A stretch of DNA of 64,000 bases, taken from Porphyromonadaceae bacterium UBA7332 (GTDB taxonomy: Bacteria; Bacteroidota; Bacteroidia; Bacteroidales; UBA7332). Below the pieces are notes generated by a model. That model had not been told where the DNA came from. It made no database searches and worked only from the letters and a program-made list of their open reading frames with translations. The translations under genes and the position numbers were made by a program. The DNA lies in assembly GCA_002471225.1 (NCBI GenBank), contig DKPO01000017.1, positions 21,216 through 85,215 of the forward strand, read 5' to 3'. This document shows positions 29,893 through 39,817 of the stretch, one piece after another (position 1 is the first letter of the stretch; every line of letters starts with the position of its first letter).

Positions 29893-31339
29893 TTGTTCCC
29901 TGACCATTCGAATGATTCTTTGGTTTCGGTTGTGTAGCATTCGTATTTTCTTTACCCTCTTTCGGTTGATGAGGTTTGTGATGCTTACGACGGTGGTTGT
30001 TATGCGGATTATTTTTACTTGTTTTGCCCGCAGCGTTAGCGTCATCCGACTTAGCTTTAGGTGCTTCAGCTTTCATATCCGAATCATTTTTTACAACATC
30101 TTTGTCCTTCCCGCTTTTTGGCGGATTTGGTTTGTTGTTCGGATTTGGTCTAAGCTTAGGTTTTGCTGCTGTTTGATTAGCAGGTTCTCCTTGTGCAATA
30201 ACAGGTTTTCCGTTAGGAGAATCAGCCTGAACAGGTTTATTGTTTTTATTTCTGTTCTTATTTCGATTCTTTTTACTTTTATCAAAACGCGTTAAGCTTT
30301 CATCTCCCACACCATCCTGGAATTCTTTTTGCGGTTCATCTATCTTCTCTCCTTCAGCAATTTGATCGACACGAATTCCTCTTTTATTTAAAGCGATGAT
30401 TTCAAAAGCTCTTTTAGCCGGAATTGATACAAGATTAGCCGGGTAAACAGGGTCACTGGAGTAAGTGATTTCACGTTTCAGAATATCTGTTTTGAAGTGG
30501 TAGAATATACCGTCTTTAGTTTCAAGAGCAACTTCGCGTGAAGGTAATTGTTTTTGTGCTTCAACGTAAATATCCACCTCGTAGTTGATACAACACTTTA
30601 GTTTTGCACATTGACCTGCAAGTTTTTGCGGATTTAGTGATATATCCTGATGTCTGGCAGCACCCGTTGCGACTGAGGCAAAACTTGTCATCCAGCTTGC
30701 ACAACAAAGTTCTCTGCCACATGGTCCAATTCCACCAATCCGGCCAGCTTCTTGTCTGGCTCCGATTTGTTTCATTTCAATGCGTACACGGAAAGCTTCA
30801 GCCAGAACTTTGATTAACTGACGGAAATCTACACGTCCTTCTGCGATGTAATAGAAAATTGCTTTTCCGCAATCTCCCTGGTATTCCACATCTCCGATTT
30901 TCATGTCTAGTCCCAAATCCTCAGCTATTCGTCTGGCGCGTAACATCGTTTCATGTTCACGTGATTTGGCCTCTTCGTATTTTTCGATATCAACAGGTCG
31001 TACTTTACGATATAGTCGCTTGAGTTCTGAATCACGATTCATACCAAGCTTCTTCATTTGTAAAACAACTAACGGACCTGTTAAAGATACAGTACCAACA
31101 TCATGTCCCGGTGTTGCTTCAACGGCAACTAAGTCACCTTTTTCGACAGTGATATTATTTGTATTTCTGAAATATCCCTTTCGTGTATTTTTGAATTGAA
31201 CCTCTACGAATTCGTTATCGCGGACACTATCCGGTAGGTCGCAAAGCCAATCGTAGGTATTCAATTTATTATCTTGTTTACAGGTGCATCCGCCTTTTTT
31301 CATGCAGCATCCACCCTTCTTTATATATTTAAAGCTCAT
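29864..31339 (-). CDS. PSP1 domain protein (YaaT/RicT-like) with long basic low-complexity C-terminal tail
   Basis: Cys-rich N-terminus, a PSP1 core (YFRN...GD.V.VE...G.DVG.V...R...EDL.LDMKI.DVEYQ.D..K..FYY.AE.RVDFR.L.K.LA..F..RIEM.QIG.R) and CCxxW/KLKCC motifs. The last 140 aa or so are K/N/P/H-rich. Confidence 0.85.
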   Translation of the reverse strand: MSFKYIKKGGCCMKKGGCTCKQDNKLNTYDWLCDLPDSVRDNEFVEVQFKNTRKGYFRNTNNITVEKGDLVAVEATPGHDVGTVSLTGPLVVLQMKKLGMNRDSELKRLYRKVRPVDIEKYEEAKSREHETMLRARRIAEDLGLDMKIGDVEYQGDCGKAIFYYIAEGRVDFRQLIKVLAEAFRVRIEMKQIGARQEAGRIGGIGPCGRELCCASWMTSFASVATGAARHQDISLNPQKLAGQCAKLKCCINYEVDIYVEAQKQLPSREVALETKDGIFYHFKTDILKREITYSSDPVYPANLVSIPAKRAFEIIALNKRGIRVDQIAEGEKIDEPQKEFQDGVGDESLTRFDKSKKNRNKNRNKNNKPVQADSPNGKPVIAQGEPANQTAAKPKLRPNPNNKPNPPKSGKDKDVVKNDSDMKAEAPKAKSDDANAAGKTSKNNPHNNHRRKHHKPHQPKEGKENTNATQPKPKNHSNGQGTNENKNREKK

Positions 31340-31378
31340 TCGTTAATAGAGTTAGATATTAGAATAAACACAAAGGTA

Positions 31379-32545
31379 TCATTTTTTTAATAATACAATT
31401 GTTTTGAGAGCTAAATCAAAGAAAACCATCTTAGCGTTAACATTCTGCTCAATATGAGTTTCTGCTAAAGCAAATTCTTCATAGAAAGACAGTATGTTGC
31501 GTTCATTTAAATAGGGAGCAAAGCGAGATGCAAACTGCGCTTCATCGGATGTCATATAATTAAGTTCGGGAGCTTGAATATTGGCTATATAATTCTCCCG
31601 GATAATATGTTGACAGTAGTTGAGAAATTGCTTTTGTTTCTCCCGGCCTAATGAAGCTATTTCTTCAGAAATATTCTTTAGCGTATTTAATGCATCAAAT
31701 TTTTGTGCCGGATTATCCCTGGATGATAAATTAGCAACCGTATATGCCTGACGCATATAATTGACAAAATAATGATGAAAGCGTTTTTTATCTTCATTGA
31801 TGCTTATGCATTCTAATGCTCTCAGATAGTTTCCATTAGCGTAATGCGCAATGTTTTTAGCATCAGGTATATCCAATAAAAAACGTTCGCGTAAAGCTGA
31901 AGACAGAGTCTCTTCTTCTATATTACGCAAATGAATTCGTTGAGTTCGCGATTGAATGGTTAATAAGACGTGATCAGCAGATTCTGAAATAAGAAGAAAC
32001 AGAGTTTTAGCCGGAGGCTCTTCTAATAACTTCAAAATTTTATTACTGCATGTTTCGTGCATCTTTTCGGGAAGCCATATGATCATAATTTTATACTCAG
32101 CTTCAAAAGCTTTGAGGTTGAGTTTTTTCATTATTTCGATAGCTTCATTCGTATAAATCTGGCCTTGAGAATTATCACAATCAATATAAGCCATCCACTG
32201 GCTATAATTGAAGTATCCGTTCTTTAGAACAAAAGATCGGAACCCAGGCAGATAGTCATCACAAATCTCCTTTTTTTGTGCAACGCTTTTATAAATAGGA
32301 AAAACAAAATGTAAGTCGGGATGAACCAGCTGGTCGTATTTCTTACATGAAGGGCAAACGCCGCAGGCATCTTTTTCTGTACGATTTGTACAATGGATAA
32401 ATCGGGCAAACGCAAGAGCCATAGGAAACTTACCTACACCTTCATTTCCTGAAAACAGGAGTGCGTGAGGTATCTGGTTGTGTTCAACCATATGGCATAA
32501 TTTATTTTTTGTCTCGTCTTGTCCTATGATCTGCTTAAAGAACAT
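31379..32545 (-). CDS. holB: DNA polymerase III subunit delta'
   Basis: IPHALLFSGNEGVGKF P-loop-like segment, zinc module CGVCPSCKK, KLLEEPP and the SRTQ sensor motif; 388 aa. Confidence 0.85.
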   Translation of the reverse strand: MFFKQIIGQDETKNKLCHMVEHNQIPHALLFSGNEGVGKFPMALAFARFIHCTNRTEKDACGVCPSCKKYDQLVHPDLHFVFPIYKSVAQKKEICDDYLPGFRSFVLKNGYFNYSQWMAYIDCDNSQGQIYTNEAIEIMKKLNLKAFEAEYKIMIIWLPEKMHETCSNKILKLLEEPPAKTLFLLISESADHVLLTIQSRTQRIHLRNIEEETLSSALRERFLLDIPDAKNIAHYANGNYLRALECISINEDKKRFHHYFVNYMRQAYTVANLSSRDNPAQKFDALNTLKNISEEIASLGREKQKQFLNYCQHIIRENYIANIQAPELNYMTSDEAQFASRFAPYLNERNILSFYEEFALAETHIEQNVNAKMVFFDLALKTIVLLKK

Positions 32546-32572
32546 ATATTCATCCTTCCTCTTTTATTTTGT

Positions 32573-33529
32573 TTAATAGACTTGTTTTGCAATATCCCGA
32601 ACGCTGGGAGTTGCATTTAGTGTGTAAAAATGTATGCTGGGTACGTTATTGGCAATAAGTTCCTTTGCTTGATGTATACCCCATTCTACTCCAATTTGTT
32701 TTGCAGCTTCTGCCGTTTTGCAGTTGCGCAATTCACATGCCAATTCTTCCGGAATATCCACATGAAATATTTTAGGGAGAATAGCTAATTGGCTAATATT
32801 TGTAATAGGCTTTATTCCTGGAATAATTGGGACATTAATTCCTACTTCGCGACAACGTTTTACAAAATCGAAAAACTTATTATTGTCGAAAAACATCTGT
32901 GTCACGATATACTCTGCACCCGCATCAACTTTAGCTTTAAGGAAGCTCATATCTGATTTGAGATTTGGTGCTTCCTCATGTTTCTCCGGATATCCTGCTA
33001 CACCATACGAAAAACGTCTTCCATTCCGGTCTATAGTAGAACCATCCAGGAAATGGCCCTGATTATACAAATTTACTTGCTCTTGTAAGTCGATAGCGTA
33101 ATGATGTCCGTCAGATATACTTGAAAAAACGGATTCATTCTTTGATTTATCTCCACGTAAGAGTAAAAGATCATAAATACCCAAAAAGTCAAGATCTATC
33201 AGCATATATTCGATTTCACTTTTCGTAAAACCGCTACAAATAACATGAGGGACAGCCGGAATATTATATGTGTTTTTAATAGCAGCTGCAACAGCCACAG
33301 TTCCGGGACGTTTTCTTTCGACAACCTGTCTGAATAGTCCGTTATCTGTTGTTTTATACGCAATATCACTGCGATGTGTAGTAATATTGATATATTTAGG
33401 ATCGAATTCTTTTAAAGTGTCTATGGTATGAAAAATCTTCTCTAATCCGTTCCCTTTCAAGGGAGGAAGTACTTCAAAAGAGAATGCTGTTTTCTTGTTT
33501 GAGTTTATTAGGTCTATTACTCTCATCAA
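32573..33529 (-). CDS. metF: methylenetetrahydrofolate reductase
   Basis: FSFEVLPP, ITTHRS, LLLRGD, GYPEKH and VTQMFFD blocks typical of MetF; 318 aa. Confidence 0.9.
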   Translation of the reverse strand: MMRVIDLINSNKKTAFSFEVLPPLKGNGLEKIFHTIDTLKEFDPKYINITTHRSDIAYKTTDNGLFRQVVERKRPGTVAVAAAIKNTYNIPAVPHVICSGFTKSEIEYMLIDLDFLGIYDLLLLRGDKSKNESVFSSISDGHHYAIDLQEQVNLYNQGHFLDGSTIDRNGRRFSYGVAGYPEKHEEAPNLKSDMSFLKAKVDAGAEYIVTQMFFDNNKFFDFVKRCREVGINVPIIPGIKPITNISQLAILPKIFHVDIPEELACELRNCKTAEAAKQIGVEWGIHQAKELIANNVPSIHFYTLNATPSVRDIAKQVY

Positions 33530-33705
33530 TGTAATATATTAGATACGCTTACTTTTATTTACGCAAAGATAAGATATTGATGGAAAGAATAATGCATTCA
33601 ACCTAAAAGATTAACAGAAAGAAAGTTTTTAGCCACATAATTCATCTTTTTTGAAACTAAGTATCTTTCTTCCTTGTTAGAATATAAAGGATTCTTACTT
33701 AAATA

Positions 33706-34692
33706 ATGATAGATATGAAACATGTGATTTGGATTTTATTGCTGCTGATCTCATGTCAGTCAAATAGTCAGAATGTTGAGCAAAAAAATAAAAAAAGCGA
33801 TAGCACTATGGAATATAATAAATTGTCAGAACAGGAGAAAAGGGTTATTGTTAATAAAGGAACAGAAAGACCTTTTACCGGCGAATATGTAAGCAACAAA
33901 GCCTCAGGTACGTATATATGTAAACAGTGTAATGCTCCATTGTATTTATCAAAAGATAAATTTGATTCTCATTGCGGATGGCCAAGCTTTGATGATGAAA
34001 TTAAAGGAGCAGTTTTACGAATTCCCGACCCGGATGGGATGAGGACTGAAATTATTTGTACAAATTGTGGGGCTCATTTGGGGCATGTATTCATGAATGA
34101 AGGTTTTACAGATAAGAATGTAAGACATTGTGTAAATTCTATATCTTTGGTTTTTGTACCGCAAGGAGAACCCATTAAAAACACAATTAAGAAGAATATG
34201 GAACAACAAACAAAGACAGCTTATTTCGCGTCGGGATGTTTCTGGGGAACAGAATACTATTTCCGAAAATTGAAAGGTTTAAAATCAACAGCAGTTGGAT
34301 TTATGGGTGGGCATATCGATAATCCATCTTATAAGGATGTGTGTACTAAAACAACGGGACATGTCGAAACCCTTGCTGTGGATTATGATCCGGCAAAGAT
34401 TTCATATGAAGATTTGGTTAAGTATTTTTTTGAAACACACGATTTTACGCAAATAGACGGACAAGGACCTGATATAGGACCTCAATATCTTTCGGTGATA
34501 TTCTATAATACAGCTGAAGAAAAGGCTATTGCGGAGAAATATATTAAAATTTTAGAGGGAAAAGGTTATAAAGTTGCAACACAGTTGAGACCGGCATCTG
34601 CTTTTTGGAAAGCCGAAGATTATCATCAGCAATATTATGAGCATAAAGGTACAACACCTTATTGCCATATTTATACGAAGATATTTGATTAA
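33706..34692 (+). CDS. msrAB: bifunctional peptide-methionine sulfoxide reductase MsrB-MsrA, exported
   Basis: N-terminal signal/lipobox (ILLLLISC). MsrB half: CKQCNAPLY, CGWPSF and RTEIICTNCGAHLGHVF. MsrA half: AYFASGCFWGTEYYF and DYHQQYY. Confidence 0.93.
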   Translation: MIDMKHVIWILLLLISCQSNSQNVEQKNKKSDSTMEYNKLSEQEKRVIVNKGTERPFTGEYVSNKASGTYICKQCNAPLYLSKDKFDSHCGWPSFDDEIKGAVLRIPDPDGMRTEIICTNCGAHLGHVFMNEGFTDKNVRHCVNSISLVFVPQGEPIKNTIKKNMEQQTKTAYFASGCFWGTEYYFRKLKGLKSTAVGFMGGHIDNPSYKDVCTKTTGHVETLAVDYDPAKISYEDLVKYFFETHDFTQIDGQGPDIGPQYLSVIFYNTAEEKAIAEKYIKILEGKGYKVATQLRPASAFWKAEDYHQQYYEHKGTTPYCHIYTKIFD

Positions 34693-34703
34693 CTCTAAAT
34701 GAT

Positions 34704-34740
34704 AAGGACTTCCTTACTCACGTAAGAAAGTCCCCTTTAC
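34704..34740 (+). terminator. intrinsic terminator after msrAB
   Basis: AGGACTTCCTTAC-tcac-GTAAGAAAGTCC hairpin followed by CCTTT. Confidence 0.6.
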
Positions 34741-34940
34741 TGACTAAATCATTTACTAAAATGAGTTCAATAATCTATATTCTGTAACAATAACGGGATA
34801 ATTATATAAATTGTTTAGTCTCGAATTGTTAAAAATAACAAATTCGCGATAGGTGCGATATCTTATTTTGTTTTAATTTGTTTGTTTACTGTTGTTTAGC
34901 TTGTTTTAGCTGGAATGATTTTATTACATATATATGTTAT

Positions 34941-34991
34941 TATACGACAAAAGCGGCGCTTTTCTTTTGGAAGCGCCGCTTTTGTCGTATA
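34941..34991. terminator. long perfect hairpin downstream of parC
   Basis: 21-bp perfect inverted repeat: TATACGACAAAAGCGGCGCTT (34941-61) with AAGCGCCGCTTTTGTCGTATA (34971-91). Confidence 0.7.
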
Positions 34992-35011
34992 AAGATGTTT
35001 AAATAATAATT

Positions 35012-37708
35012 TTAGAACAGGCGATGTTGTCCGATAATATCATCTATTAGTTGGTTTTTATCAACTTGGTCATCTTCATCATTATTATCTGTGTTATTTA
35101 TTTCATCTTCGGAATCATCATCTATATCTTTTTCCTCTTCTGGAAATTTAAGAGGATCCAGTTCTTGTATATCCTCGATATCCAGCCCGGTTAAGCGTTT
35201 TCCCTTTGCTTTGACAGATCGAGTTGGAGTTGCTTCTTCTACATCAAAAATAACAGAACTTACTTCACCGGTCTTTGGGTCGGTAATTGTAAGCTCAAAA
35301 CGAGCATAATATTCCTGAGATATAATCTTTATTTCAGATTTAGGATTTTCACCTATAAGACTCTGTTTTTTAGTTGACGGTTCGAAATTAAATCGCTTCA
35401 AATAAAAAGAATCCTGATCTGCGTCCCAGTATATCATTGACCAAACCTTATTTTCATCAAATTTTTCAATATAAAGGATATTGGTTTCGAAATGATTACT
35501 GGAGTCAAAGGTTGTAGTATAATATTCGCCGTTGTTTAAAATAACCAGAACGAGGTCTTCACCACCGAACTCTCCTAAATACTCTCCTCTGTTGTCATAG
35601 TTTAGGCGAAAAACATCGCGATCAAACCAGACTTCCCGTCCTCCTAAAGTGGATACACCTTTGCTTTTCAGAGATATTCGATGAACCTCATTACGTGTCA
35701 GTATGACACCCATTGAACTTCGCCCTTTTATTGTGACTCGCGAAAAATCTTCTTCAAACTGGATTTTGCGAATCTTAGGATTCGGTTTAAGTGTAATGCG
35801 AATCACTTCGGCTTCTCCATTCGGATTTGCTGAGAACCAGGCTATTCGCGAATGAGGAGTGCCTTTCGTTAAATCATATTCGCGATCACGGGTAATACCG
35901 GTAACTGCAAAGCGTTTAATATAATGAGTCCCATTCATGCCATCGCGGTAAACAACATTATAAATGGTGCGTTTGTCATTCTTCTTGAAGACATTTGCAT
36001 ATATGGCATTTTTTCCAATAAATAACTTATCAGAAACCCGGACGATCTTATATTTTCCATCACGATAGAAAATGATAATATCATCAATGTCAGAGCAATT
36101 ACAAACAAATTCGTCTTTTTTCAAAGAAGTGCCAATAAAGCCTTCTTCTCTGTTGATGTATAATTTCTCATTGGCCTCAACGACTTTAGATGCCTCGATC
36201 GTGTCAAAGCCTCTTATTTCCGTTTTACGAGTAAAGTTTTTGCCATATTTTTCTTTCAACTTTTTGAACCAGTCAATAGTGTAAGAAATTATATGTTCGA
36301 GGTTATAATCAATTAATTTTACTTTCTCTTTAATTGCTTCTATGGATTCGTCTGCTTTATCTGAATTGAACTTTAAGATTCTACCCATCTTTATTTCCAT
36401 CAGACGAAGAATATCTTCTTTTGTAATATCCCTTAGGAAAAGGTCTTTATATTTAGTTAAGCGTGAATCAATATGTAAAACTGCCTCATCCATATTTTTA
36501 CTTTGCTCAAACCCCTTGTCTTTGTATATCCTTTCTTCGATGAATATTTTTTCCAGCGAAGCAAAATGTAATTGTTCCAGCAATTCAGCTTTCTCGATTT
36601 CAAGTTCGCGGCGGAGCAAGTAAAGGCTTTGGTCTGCATTATGTTTTAACACATTTGTCACTGTAAGAAAATGCGGCTTATTATCCGCAATGATACAACA
36701 GTTCGGTGATATGCTTATTTCACAATCCGTAAATGCGTATAAAGCATCTATTGCTTTGTCCGAAGAAACACCAGCTTGAAGATGAATTAAGATTTCTACA
36801 TCTCTGGCTGTATTATCATCGACTTTACGAATCTTGATTTTACCCTTATCATTGGCTCTTAATATGGATTCGATCAGCGATGAAGTGGTTTTTCCGTAAG
36901 GAACTTCGGTAATAGCCAACGTTCGGTTGTCTCTTTTCTCAATTTTGGCACGTACTTTCACATTTCCTCCACGTTCACCTTCGTTGTATCTGCTTATGTC
37001 GATAAGTCCTCCTGTCTGGAAATCAGGATAAATCTGAAACTCTTCACCTTTTAGATAAGCGATACATGCATCAAGAAGCTCATTAAAGTTGTGAGGGAGT
37101 ATTTTAGACGAAAGTCCGACAGCGATTCCCTCAACTCCCTGGGCCAGCAACAACGGAAATTTTACAGGTAATGTTAAAGGTTCCTTGTTTCTTCCGTCGT
37201 AAGAAGGTTTCCACTCTGTTGTTTTAGGATTAAACAAAATATCTAATGCAAATTTAGATAAACGAGCTTCTATGTAACGGGGGGCTGCAGCTCCGTCTCC
37301 GGTCAGTATATTACCCCAGTTTCCCTGACAATCTATTAAAAGATCTTTTTGTCCTAGCTGAACAAGAGCATCTCCGATCGATGCATCTCCATGAGGGTGG
37401 AACTGCATAGTGTGTCCAATAACGTTCGCTACTTTATTATAGCGTCCGTCATCCAGTCTTTTCATCGAATGGAGTATTCGACGTTGTACGGGTTTAAGTC
37501 CGTCATTGATATGGGGAACTGCACGCTCTAAAATAACATAAGAAGCATAATCCAGAAACCAGCTTTGATACATGCCGGTAAGATGGATTTTTAGATCCTG
37601 ATCGTTTTGCGGGATCTTATAGCCTGAATGTGCTTCAATGTCGGCTGCATTCTCCTTTGTGTCAAAATCTTCAGAATTTGTATCTATTGAATCGTTATTG
37701 TTATTCAT
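35012..37708 (-). CDS. parC: DNA topoisomerase IV subunit A
   Basis: GyrA/ParC N-terminal blocks (ERAVPHINDGLKPVQRRIL, HPHGDASI, GNWG, AAPRYIEARL with the catalytic Y). The C-terminal domain lacks a GyrA box, and the C-terminal tail is acidic D/E/N-rich. The ATG at 37708 is preferred over the TTG at 37735. Confidence 0.88.
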   Translation of the reverse strand: MNNNNDSIDTNSEDFDTKENAADIEAHSGYKIPQNDQDLKIHLTGMYQSWFLDYASYVILERAVPHINDGLKPVQRRILHSMKRLDDGRYNKVANVIGHTMQFHPHGDASIGDALVQLGQKDLLIDCQGNWGNILTGDGAAAPRYIEARLSKFALDILFNPKTTEWKPSYDGRNKEPLTLPVKFPLLLAQGVEGIAVGLSSKILPHNFNELLDACIAYLKGEEFQIYPDFQTGGLIDISRYNEGERGGNVKVRAKIEKRDNRTLAITEVPYGKTTSSLIESILRANDKGKIKIRKVDDNTARDVEILIHLQAGVSSDKAIDALYAFTDCEISISPNCCIIADNKPHFLTVTNVLKHNADQSLYLLRRELEIEKAELLEQLHFASLEKIFIEERIYKDKGFEQSKNMDEAVLHIDSRLTKYKDLFLRDITKEDILRLMEIKMGRILKFNSDKADESIEAIKEKVKLIDYNLEHIISYTIDWFKKLKEKYGKNFTRKTEIRGFDTIEASKVVEANEKLYINREEGFIGTSLKKDEFVCNCSDIDDIIIFYRDGKYKIVRVSDKLFIGKNAIYANVFKKNDKRTIYNVVYRDGMNGTHYIKRFAVTGITRDREYDLTKGTPHSRIAWFSANPNGEAEVIRITLKPNPKIRKIQFEEDFSRVTIKGRSSMGVILTRNEVHRISLKSKGVSTLGGREVWFDRDVFRLNYDNRGEYLGEFGGEDLVLVILNNGEYYTTTFDSSNHFETNILYIEKFDENKVWSMIYWDADQDSFYLKRFNFEPSTKKQSLIGENPKSEIKIISQEYYARFELTITDPKTGEVSSVIFDVEEATPTRSVKAKGKRLTGLDIEDIQELDPLKFPEEEKDIDDDSEDEINNTDNNDEDDQVDKNQLIDDIIGQHRLF

Positions 37709-38100
37709 GTGATGTCTTAAATATGTTTCTTGCAAAAATAATAACTATTCTTTGAATTTATGCAGATGCTTGATATGCAATTAGGATAAAAGGGTATTTC
37801 CTTTTAGGGTTATTGCTTTCGTAAGAAGTGTGATTGTAAATCTATTTATTCTGGTGTTAATTAAAGTTATTTAAATTTGTATGTTTACTCGTTTGGGTTG
37901 AAATATAATACAATGGCCTGCTTCGCTTCGAACTTATATTATTAGTGAGATTTATTATAGCACCTGAATCAATAGCAATAGAGTTTTTTTAATTGTTGAA
38001 TAAGTGTTGTATATATATGTATTTTGTATGTTAATACATATAGTTTGTATTTGCTTCTGAATCTTCTTATCTTTTAATTAATGGGCTTTTATGATTATTT

Positions 38101-39531
38101 TTGTGGCTTTGGCTGAATGTGATAAGATTAATAAAAGATAAAAATACAATTATTTATAAGGGTATATTAACTGCTTTGTCACCTGTTTACGGGAATGAGT
38201 ATAAGCAGAATTTAAAGTTGGCCTTTCCTATATTAATGGCGCAAGCAGGGCAGGTCGTTGTGCAATATGCAGATACTATAATGGTAGGTCAATTAGGTGT
38301 TGATGCATTAGCCGCGGCATCTTTTGGCGGATCGATTGCTATGCTTTGTATTTTGATTTGTATGGGAGTTGCTATGGGGCTCACACCTATTGCCGGTTCT
38401 TTTTTTGTAAAAAAACAATACAGGGAAATGTCTGCTTATTTTAAGCATTCCATTATTTTGAATCTTTTATTGTCAATTTTACTGGGTATTATATTTTATG
38501 TTTTTGGTTTTATGTTTCCCTATCTTGGGCAGACGGATGAAGTTGTACGGCTTTCCTTACCTTATTACTTAAGTTTGATTGTCAGTATTATTCCTTTTAT
38601 GCTTTTTCTGTCCTTTAAGCAATTTACTGAAGGTGTCGGTAATACGCGTATAGCAATGCAAATAACTATTATAGCTAATATAGTAAATATTGGTTTTAAC
38701 TATTTATTGATATATGGTAATTGGGGCTTTCCTGCTTTAGGTGTTACGGGAGCGGGAATAGCAACATTAATATCCCGATTAATTATGCCTGTTCTGTTTT
38801 TGGGGTATTATCTGAAGTCCGATTCATATAAACGATTTTTAGTGTTCTTTTCAACGACACCGATCCAAAAGAATATTATGCAACATTTGTCTAAAATGGG
38901 ATTTCCGATAGGATTGCAGTTTATGATGGAGCATTCGGCTTTTATGTTTAATATGATAATGATGGGGTGGTTTGGAGCAGTAGCATTGGCCGCACATCAG
39001 ATTACATTGCAAACGACTATGTTTGGATTTATGATAGCGACAGGAATAGCCAATGCCACAATGATTCGGGTAAGTCACAAGGTAGGCTGCCAGGATTATG
39101 CAGGGGCTAAACGTGCAGCGTCAGCATCGTTTCATATAATCTCACTCTTTATGTTCGGGTTAGCGCTGGTTTATTATTTTACGAGAGGGTATATAGCTCA
39201 AATCTTTACAGCAGATCAGGAAGTAATAGCAATGGCATCTAAGTTGTTGATTATAGGAGCTGTGTATCAAATTTCAGATGGATTACAGTTAGTTTCGGTC
39301 GGGGCTTTGCGTGGTATAGGAGATGTGAAAGTACCCATGTATTATTCTTTTATTTGCTACATGATAGCAAGTCTGGCAACAGCTTATGTATTAGGTTTTG
39401 AGTTTGGTTTAAAAGAGGAAGGTTTATGGTTTGGTTTTGTTGCAGGTCTGACTTTGGCTTCTGTTCTCTATTTAAGTAGGTGGGAACGCTTAATCCGTAG
39501 TAAAATCAGAGTAAGGTTGGCTTATTGTTAA
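38101..39531 (+). CDS. MATE family efflux transporter
   Basis: 12-TM profile. NLKLAFPILMAQAGQVVVQYADTIMVGQLG is a typical MATE N-terminus, with an internal duplication (HLSKMGFPIGLQFMME). The start is uncertain: TTG at 38101 or GTG at 38119. Confidence 0.85.
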   Translation: MWLWLNVIRLIKDKNTIIYKGILTALSPVYGNEYKQNLKLAFPILMAQAGQVVVQYADTIMVGQLGVDALAAASFGGSIAMLCILICMGVAMGLTPIAGSFFVKKQYREMSAYFKHSIILNLLLSILLGIIFYVFGFMFPYLGQTDEVVRLSLPYYLSLIVSIIPFMLFLSFKQFTEGVGNTRIAMQITIIANIVNIGFNYLLIYGNWGFPALGVTGAGIATLISRLIMPVLFLGYYLKSDSYKRFLVFFSTTPIQKNIMQHLSKMGFPIGLQFMMEHSAFMFNMIMMGWFGAVALAAHQITLQTTMFGFMIATGIANATMIRVSHKVGCQDYAGAKRAASASFHIISLFMFGLALVYYFTRGYIAQIFTADQEVIAMASKLLIIGAVYQISDGLQLVSVGALRGIGDVKVPMYYSFICYMIASLATAYVLGFEFGLKEEGLWFGFVAGLTLASVLYLSRWERLIRSKIRVRLAYC

Positions 39532-39622
39532 ATAAGTTGATTTGTAAGAAAAACTATTGTTCTGTAAATTTAACAATAAGAAAATGGTCATAGATATTGA
39601 TTATTAATATCTTTGCAGAGAA

Positions 39623-39668
39623 AAGGCTCATCTGCTTCTTGAGAAAGAAGGCAGAGGGCTTTTTTTTA
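39623..39668 (+). terminator. imperfect hairpin plus T8
   Basis: GGCTCATCTGCTTCTT-gaga-AAGAAGGCAGAGGGCT followed by TTTTTTTT. Confidence 0.55.
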
Positions 39669-39817
39669 TGAATACAACTTCTGAGACTGTTTGGTCTTGT
39701 TATCTGAAAATGATATTTGATCACTTAATGAATGAGTTAAAACAGCTCTTAAGCTTTTTATTAATCTTTCGGTGACGAGATGTCTGTTATCGATTTTATT
39801 ATTTTATTTTCTGCAAG

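Noticed and set aside
29893-30045. Upstream extension of the GldH-like ORF (the track ORF starts at 30045)
   Set aside because: It would overlap the PSP1 tail coding region by 180 nt, and the translated extension is R/K/I/T low-complexity antisense text. The lipoprotein signal begins at the internal Met.
29828-30295. 155-aa plus-strand ORF
   Set aside because: It is antisense to the low-complexity PSP1 tail. The F/R/I/C-rich composition is typical of a shadow ORF, and no promoter or terminator context supports it.
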